Origin: a virus
Taxonomy: Duplodnaviria; Heunggongvirae; Uroviricota; Caudoviricetes
Virus record (IMG/VR): IMGVR_UViG_2602041549_000015
Span: 1-24,137 of that record
DNA: 24,137 nucleotides
Direction: 5' to 3' (one strand)
Positions 19,536 through 24,137 of this stretch are shown here, piece by piece. The translations under genes were made by a program, and so were the position numbers. The notes beneath the pieces were generated by a model. That model ran no database searches and was not told the origin of the DNA. It saw only the letters and a list, made by a program, of their open reading frames with translations. The stretch's first letter is position 1, and each line of letters begins with the position of its first letter.

Positions 19536-21035
19536 TTAAGTTCTCCGTGCGATGGGCCTGATTGGGGCTGGTATCTTTTTCTCTTTTGGTTTTTTGATGT
19601 CGCGCATCATTTTTGCGAAGCGGCGCATCATGTAGGCATAGCGAACGGCGGAGAGAACGTCATCGTTAAGCTTGACGATTTTCCCGTTTTCATCACGGTG
19701 ATAGAGGCGGAATTCCTCAAAGAATGGCTCACAGGTGTTGAATACTTTGAAGCGACCATCGAGCATCATGTCGCGCAATTCAGTGATGCCAGGCTCCACA
19801 GCATTACCGCCATCAGGCCATGTCGCATGCTCCTGCAACATCATAAAACCAGCGTCTGCATACTGCCCTTTGAGCTGCTCACCGCCGCCCTTCTCATGCT
19901 GGTTTCCGTCATGAGGCCATGCTGTTGGCACTTTATGCGCCCATGATTTAACCGCTCCCCATGCCTGAACGGCTGTTTTTTCTTTCGCCTTCCACACGCG
20001 TGAAACGTAGATTGTGTCTGCGTCCTTATCCCACCAAAGCTGAACCTGCGCCTGAGGGTGATCCCATCCGAAATCCATCCCGCCAATTACGTAGAAGTGA
20101 TCAGGACACTCGAACGGCTGACACTTAATCGTCTCTTCCGGTATCTGGAAGATTCGACCGCTACCCATCGTAGGAATACCGCGAGCACGCGCCTCTCTCT
20201 CATGCTCGGGATAGGATGCGATGATTTGCTCTTTCTGTTCGTCTGTGTAGTGCTCAGCGTCATAGATGGTCATGTTGACCACTTTCTGCGACTTGCTGGG
20301 ATTCTTCAGGAACTTGGTAACAACGTCAGACATCCCCATCAGCGGGGTAAACGTCAGAATTGAGAATTGCCCGTATTTGTTGGTACGGGTAAGACCTTCG
20401 CCATAAATGCTGTATGGTGGCTCTTCGTCAAACCACACGCCGTGGATTGTGTCACCCTGCCAGCGAGCACGGCCTTGCGAGTATGGCTTGAAGTAGCAGA
20501 TTGAAATGCCATCTTCAACGCCATCAGCCGTGTGATGCTTAACCAGAAGATGATCAACAAGGTTCGGATAGAAAGGAGACTTCTTCCAGCTAATGATGTC
20601 TTCTTTCGGTATGGAACCGTAGCCAGGCTCATCATTCTCTTCGATACGACCGCACAGGATGCGTTGAGTCGTTTTGGTTACAGTCTCGTTTGTCTCGCCG
20701 CCAATCCAGAAGACAACAGGCTCATAGAAACGCTTACCTTTCCACTCACCGCCATATTTACCATCAGCAGGATAGCCTTTTGTGCCAGGATAACGCCCGG
20801 TAAGGTGAAACGCGACTTCAGCAGCACCAGTAAATGACTTACCAAGCTGGTTACCAGCCATAAAACATCGCTCTGGATAGTCATGCCCGGCGTCGATGAA
20901 CTCACGCTGTTTGCTGTATGGCGTAAATTCATATAGCAGGTGTGTGTTACGGTAGTTCTCTTCTTCTTCGAGTAGCTCGAGCAATTCGATTTGCTCTTCG
21001 TCGCTCAAGTTATCAAGAATCGCGTCCAGTTCCAC
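19536..21035 (-). CDS. Terminase large subunit gp2
   Basis: 499 aa, same length as P22 gp2; directly upstream of the portal gene; 5' end overlaps the small subunit gene. Confidence 0.95.
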   Translation of the reverse strand: MELDAILDNLSDEEQIELLELLEEEENYRNTHLLYEFTPYSKQREFIDAGHDYPERCFMAGNQLGKSFTGAAEVAFHLTGRYPGTKGYPADGKYGGEWKGKRFYEPVVFWIGGETNETVTKTTQRILCGRIEENDEPGYGSIPKEDIISWKKSPFYPNLVDHLLVKHHTADGVEDGISICYFKPYSQGRARWQGDTIHGVWFDEEPPYSIYGEGLTRTNKYGQFSILTFTPLMGMSDVVTKFLKNPSKSQKVVNMTIYDAEHYTDEQKEQIIASYPEHEREARARGIPTMGSGRIFQIPEETIKCQPFECPDHFYVIGGMDFGWDHPQAQVQLWWDKDADTIYVSRVWKAKEKTAVQAWGAVKSWAHKVPTAWPHDGNQHEKGGGEQLKGQYADAGFMMLQEHATWPDGGNAVEPGITELRDMMLDGRFKVFNTCEPFFEEFRLYHRDENGKIVKLNDDVLSAVRYAYMMRRFAKMMRDIKKPKEKKIPAPIRPIARRT

Positions 21036-21501
21036 GGTTGAATAGCTCCTTGATACGAGAGCGCCGCTTATCGCGATCTCCCTTATCAGGTGTCACGTCT
21101 TCAACTTGCGACTGCTCTTTGAGGCCCAAATCACGGGCGATGATATTAGCGTTGAGAAGGTCAGCGGCTGCGCCAGAGAATTTCTGGTCGTAGATGACCT
21201 GTTCTGCTCGCGTAACGACTTCAGATAAATCTTCTCGCAGGCGATATGTGCGCCATGTTTCAAGCGTCACATCAATGAACAGAGTGAGGCCGGTAATGGT
21301 CATCGCTCGCATCTTGGCGATAGGCTCTTGTATCACTTCACCCTGATACGAGAATGCCTTCATCTCCCATAGCGGGTTAGCTTCCACCCACTCGAAGTAT
21401 TCACAACAAGCAGCCCACAGCGCCTCAGGCGATTCGAATTTAGGATTTCGCCCATGACTACTGCGGGCCTCCCAAAATCGGTTGCCCTTTGGTGCTGCCA
21501 T
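21013..21501 (-). CDS. Terminase small subunit gp3
   Basis: Track ORF 21013..21507; from the second Met ([38 protein letters not shown]...) it is 162 aa, the length and sequence I recall for P22 gp3. Confidence 0.9.
   Translation of the reverse strand: MAAPKGNRFWEARSSHGRNPKFESPEALWAACCEYFEWVEANPLWEMKAFSYQGEVIQEPIAKMRAMTITGLTLFIDVTLETWRTYRLREDLSEVVTRAEQVIYDQKFSGAAADLLNANIIARDLGLKEQSQVEDVTPDKGDRDKRRSRIKELFNRGTGRDS
21213..21234 (-). other. pac-like packaging initiation site inside gene 3
   Basis: Minus-strand sequence GAAGATTTATCTGAAGTCGTTA (codons for EDLSEVV of gp3) matches the P22 pac site as I recall it. Confidence 0.45.
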
Positions 21502-21524
21502 ATTCATCTCACTTAGTTGTTATT

Positions 21525-21704
21525 TCAGGTTAAGGACTCTTTCGCGCCTTCAATCAGTGACTGCTTCAGCAATTCGAGTGTGCCAATCGCCTCGCATAAA
21601 CTGATTTCACCATCGTAATCATGAATGACGCTTTCCAGCCGCTCGTATAGTTCTTGAGTAATTGGGAATTTCTTCTCCTTACCAAGATCAACGACGCTTG
21701 TCAT
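21525..21704 (-). CDS. Hypothetical small protein (59 aa), immediately upstream of the terminase small subunit gene
   Basis: Below the track cut-off, translated by eye (MTSVVDLGKEKKFPITQELYERLESVIHDYDGEISLCEAIGTLELLKQSLIEGAKESLT); fills the gap between flanking genes; AGGA upstream. Confidence 0.35.
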   Translation of the reverse strand: MTSVVDLGKEKKFPITQELYERLESVIHDYDGEISLCEAIGTLELLKQSLIEGAKESLT

Positions 21705-21713
21705 AGAGGATTC

Positions 21714-22001
21714 CTATAATTTTGAATATCCAGACTCAAATACCTCAGCAGGAGAATATGATTCATATCCATCCTCATAGACAACGTAATAGCCTCCAGA
21801 CATTGGTCGGTGCTTACAGATATATTCCGCGCTAACATCAAATGCTGCGTATTTCTTATCATCCGGATGAATAATTGCCCCATAACTAGAAGAGCCAGTC
21901 TTACCAGACTGATCTGGGTTTGGCTTATGTTCTATAGAGCCAATCTTCAGGGCGCGAACTTTTTTGTGGCACTGGTATCTCGGCATTTCTTGTTCAGTCA
22001 T
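21714..22001 (-). CDS. Hypothetical protein (95 aa)
   Basis: Track ORF with GGAG ribosome-binding site; no family recognised. Confidence 0.5.
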   Translation of the reverse strand: MTEQEMPRYQCHKKVRALKIGSIEHKPNPDQSGKTGSSSYGAIIHPDDKKYAAFDVSAEYICKHRPMSGGYYVVYEDGYESYSPAEVFESGYSKL

Positions 22002-22004
22002 CTC

Positions 22005-22247
22005 TTACACTCCGGTGGTGAACAGGTCTAACGCTTCCTTCGATTTACGTACCGCTTCGATAGTGCGGGTCGTGATATCTGAATTAGCGCCGCCTGACTG
22101 GAAGTGAATTTTGAATAGCTCAAGCTTCAGCTCGTCAGTGCCAATGAACTGAAATGCTTCCTCTGCAGCTGCGTTCTGGTTCATGACCAGTTTGTAAATC
22201 TCTAACTGGAATTTCTGTTCTTCAGTCATGGGAATAATCTCTGCCAT
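22005..22247 (-). CDS. Hypothetical protein (80 aa from second ATG)
   Basis: Track ORF 22005..22259; the ATG at 22247 (MAEIIPMTEEQ...) has a GGAG ribosome-binding site whereas the first ATG has none. Confidence 0.5.
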   Translation of the reverse strand: MAEIIPMTEEQKFQLEIYKLVMNQNAAAEEAFQFIGTDELKLELFKIHFQSGGANSDITTRTIEAVRKSKEALDLFTTGV

Positions 22248-22354
22248 TGTTGGCTCCATTTATCCGTTAAAAGGGATATCAGTTAAGTTATCCCGTGTAG
22301 GGTATAAGCCATTATCAAAGCCACTCTGTAGGGAATGGCTTTTGTAATGGCAAT

Positions 22355-22376
22355 AAAAAAGGCCGCCTGAGCGACC
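22355..22376 (-). terminator. Candidate intrinsic terminator or attenuator inside the late operon
   Basis: On the minus strand GGUCGC-UCAG-GCGGCC (one G-U pair) followed by six U; just downstream of the ORF ending at 22387. Confidence 0.4.
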
Positions 22377-22386
22377 TGTTAGTTGT

Positions 22387-22557
22387 TCACAACTTCCATT
22401 GAAGGTCCAGCATGTCGAAAAATGATCCGCATTTAGGGGGGTTTTCCATTCTTGCCCTCTCTTCGGCCGCTTTGTAATAAGCCATTGGCCTTTTCACACC
22501 ATCAGCACCAGTGATGTATTCAACGCCTTCCTTCGGATCTTTGTTCACGGAAACCAT
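22387..22557 (-). CDS. Hypothetical small protein (56 aa from internal ATG)
   Basis: Track ORF 22387..22572 starts at a GTG; the ATG at 22557 has a GAAGAGG ribosome-binding site; no family recognised. Confidence 0.4.
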   Translation of the reverse strand: MVSVNKDPKEGVEYITGADGVKRPMAYYKAAEERARMENPPKCGSFFDMLDLQWKL

Positions 22558-22718
22558 CGCAACCTCTTCCACTTGTTCATCATCGATTCAGCGGATGTCT
22601 TTCCATCAGTCCGCCACCACAAAGAATCTTTTTTGCCATAAGGCTGGAGGTTCATCTTTCAGTGGCTGCCAGTGTTATTTCCCCACTTACTGGCTTGGGT
22701 TGTTTCGCTGTACTGCCG

Positions 22719-23261
22719 TTAATTGGTGAGTCCGGGGATTACGGTTTGCCCGTGCTGTTCAAGGCGTTCAATTCTCGCCAGTAGCTGAGGCTTCTTAATT
22801 TTTCCCCAGCGATTAAGCAGGCGGCCTGACATGCTGGCAACATCCTTCTCTTTCATGTACTCCAGCATTACGGCATTTCTCTCTTCTTCAAATTGACGAT
22901 GACCAACCTGAAGCATGGCGTACATCCAGTTGAATGCGTTGATGTAAGCAATTTTGATACGCATTGCTTCTTTTTTGGTGTAGGACATAACCAAAAGCAT
23001 CAACCCATCCTTGCGGAGACGGTAGAATTTTTGCGGCTTACCATTCTGTAACTCATTGTTTTTATAGCAAAGCTCAAAGTTGAGCTTTGTATCAAACTCA
23101 GGAGGGCAAGCTTCTATGGTTCGTTCAATGTCACGAACCACGTTCTTCGGCAGCTTTCCAAATGCTTTTGCCACCATAAAAGAATCTGTAACCGGATCGT
23201 TGTTTGCTACAAAAATTAGGTCTCTGAAATCTATATCGTTAACAACGGTTGGGTAGTTCAT
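22719..23261 (-). CDS. rha: Rha-family phage regulatory protein
   Basis: 180 aa; N-terminal segment (DSFMVAKAFGKLPKNVVRDIERTI) fits the Rha family pattern; P22 carries rha between the lysis genes and gene 3. Confidence 0.7.
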   Translation of the reverse strand: MNYPTVVNDIDFRDLIFVANNDPVTDSFMVAKAFGKLPKNVVRDIERTIEACPPEFDTKLNFELCYKNNELQNGKPQKFYRLRKDGLMLLVMSYTKKEAMRIKIAYINAFNWMYAMLQVGHRQFEEERNAVMLEYMKEKDVASMSGRLLNRWGKIKKPQLLARIERLEQHGQTVIPGLTN

Positions 23262-23409
23262 TGCGTCTTTACCTTTTAGAAAGATGAGCCTGTTCGCACA
23301 GAAAAGCCGTCCCCGAGATGGTCGCCACCATATACGGCAGTTCTCAGGCTCAGCTTTCTGAAAGACTCGGGATTGTTACGCGCTGCGATGCGCGGTTTAC
23401 TGCAGATGT

Positions 23410-23433
23410 AAAAAAGCCCCGCAAATGCGAGGC
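23410..23433 (-). terminator. Intrinsic terminator downstream of Rz/Rz1
   Basis: On the minus strand GCCUCGC-AUUU-GCGGGGC (one G-U pair) followed by six U, inside a ~345-bp gap between Rz and rha. Confidence 0.5.
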
Positions 23434-23607
23434 TAAATCCTGGTATTTGTAATGACTGGCTCTTATCTCAACGCAGCCCCTTACCGCGCGCCAGATGCTC
23501 AATATCAAGCATCAGCAATGAGATGTTTAATCTGGATTCACTACAGAAGTGATCACCACCCTGTCTACAGAGCCAGATGTGAAGGATGATGAGTAAAATT
23601 ATCGCTA

Positions 23608-24075
23608 TCATCGAAGGCATTGCGTCCTGATGTATTCCTGAAGCGTTCTCAGTGCTGTTTGGTCGCTGATGATTCCGTCCCGGATACCGAGAACGTTTCG
23701 TCCAGCAACTGGAGAGAGTTCGACGGTGGCATCATTGCCCATGCCGGAGGCGCTGGAGGTTTCGGCTGAGGATGGCATAGGGCATTTTCCTTTGACGAGC
23801 ACCCTGCCACCATTATCAAGCTTGCGACGAAGAGCATCATTTTCAGCTTTCGCATCAGCTAACTCCTTCGTGTATTTTGCATCGAGCGCAGCAACATCAC
23901 GTTGGCGCACCTGCATGTCAGTAATTGTCGAGTTCGCCAGCTTCAGTTCTCTGGCCTTGTTATCGCGCTGCTCTTTGTAGGCGATTGCGTTATCACGGTA
24001 ATGATTAACAGCCCATGACAGGCAGACGATGATGCAGATAACCAGAGCGGAAATAATCGCGGTGACTCTACTCAT
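23608..24075 (-). CDS. Rz: Rz i-spanin
   Basis: 155 aa; N-terminus [34 protein letters not shown]... matches lambda Rz as recalled; start overlaps the upstream stop (ATGA). Confidence 0.9.
   Translation of the reverse strand: MSRVTAIISALVICIIVCLSWAVNHYRDNAIAYKEQRDNKARELKLANSTITDMQVRQRDVAALDAKYTKELADAKAENDALRRKLDNGGRVLVKGKCPMPSSAETSSASGMGNDATVELSPVAGRNVLGIRDGIISDQTALRTLQEYIRTQCLR
23649..23855 (-). CDS. Rz1: Rz1 o-spanin lipoprotein, embedded in the +1 frame of Rz
   Basis: 68 aa; [19 protein letters not shown] lipobox signal followed by a Pro-rich segment ([11 protein letters not shown]), as in lambda Rz1; lies entirely inside Rz. Confidence 0.8.
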   Translation of the reverse strand: MRKLKMMLFVASLIMVAGCSSKENALCHPQPKPPAPPAWAMMPPSNSLQLLDETFSVSGTESSATKQH

Positions 24076-24137
24076 CCCTCAATCTCTCTGACCGTTCCGC
24101 CCGCTTCTTTGAATTTTGCAATCAGGCTGTCAGCCTT
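24073..24137 (-). CDS. Endolysin, 3' end only (truncated by window edge)
   Basis: Minus-strand reading frame running to the window edge ends ...[21 protein letters not shown], resembling the C-terminus of lambda-type endolysin R as recalled; stop overlaps the Rz start. Confidence 0.5.

Larger units (their letters stand above)
1084..24137. mobile_element. P22-like prophage, left end at argW; continues past the right window edge
   Basis: Integrase adjacent to the tRNA followed by an essentially complete P22-type virion and immI module; the early region and right junction are not in the window. Confidence 0.9.

Noticed and set aside
23444-23620. Possible ~58-aa hydrophobic ORF on the minus strand just after Rz
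   Set aside because: Read only by eye, overlaps the Rz 3' end, and the downstream terminator suggests the region is non-coding; too weak to call.

Overview
The window is the left part of a P22-like (Lederbergvirus-type, short-tailed) prophage integrated at the tRNA-Arg(CCU) gene argW, next to the host transporter gene yfdC. From left to right it holds yfdC, argW, an IntS-type tyrosine integrase, then, all on the minus strand, a P22-type virion module read right to left: Rz/Rz1 and the end of the endolysin gene, rha, several small ORFs, small and large terminase with a pac-like site, portal, scaffold, coat, gp4, gp10, tail needle gp26, gp14, ejection proteins gp7/gp20/gp16 and a tailspike. Between gene 16 and the tailspike sits a P22-type immI region: mnt, arc and both operators are recognisable, but ant is replaced by a small membrane protein plus a KilA-N domain protein, and mnt is followed by three unrecognised genes for a small soluble protein, a tail-anchored coiled-coil membrane protein and a Sec-secreted protein. 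That mnt-linked cassette, in the slot where P22 carries sieA, is my best candidate for an undescribed superinfection-exclusion or defence module; the ant replacement is the second. Both are inferences from gene context and protein architecture, not from recognised homology. All protein assignments rest on my recollection of P22, lambda and E. coli K-12 sequences and on the supplied ORF track; no searches were run. Coordinates I derived by eye (tRNA, hairpins, operators, arc, pac, sub-threshold ORFs) may be off by 1-2 nt.
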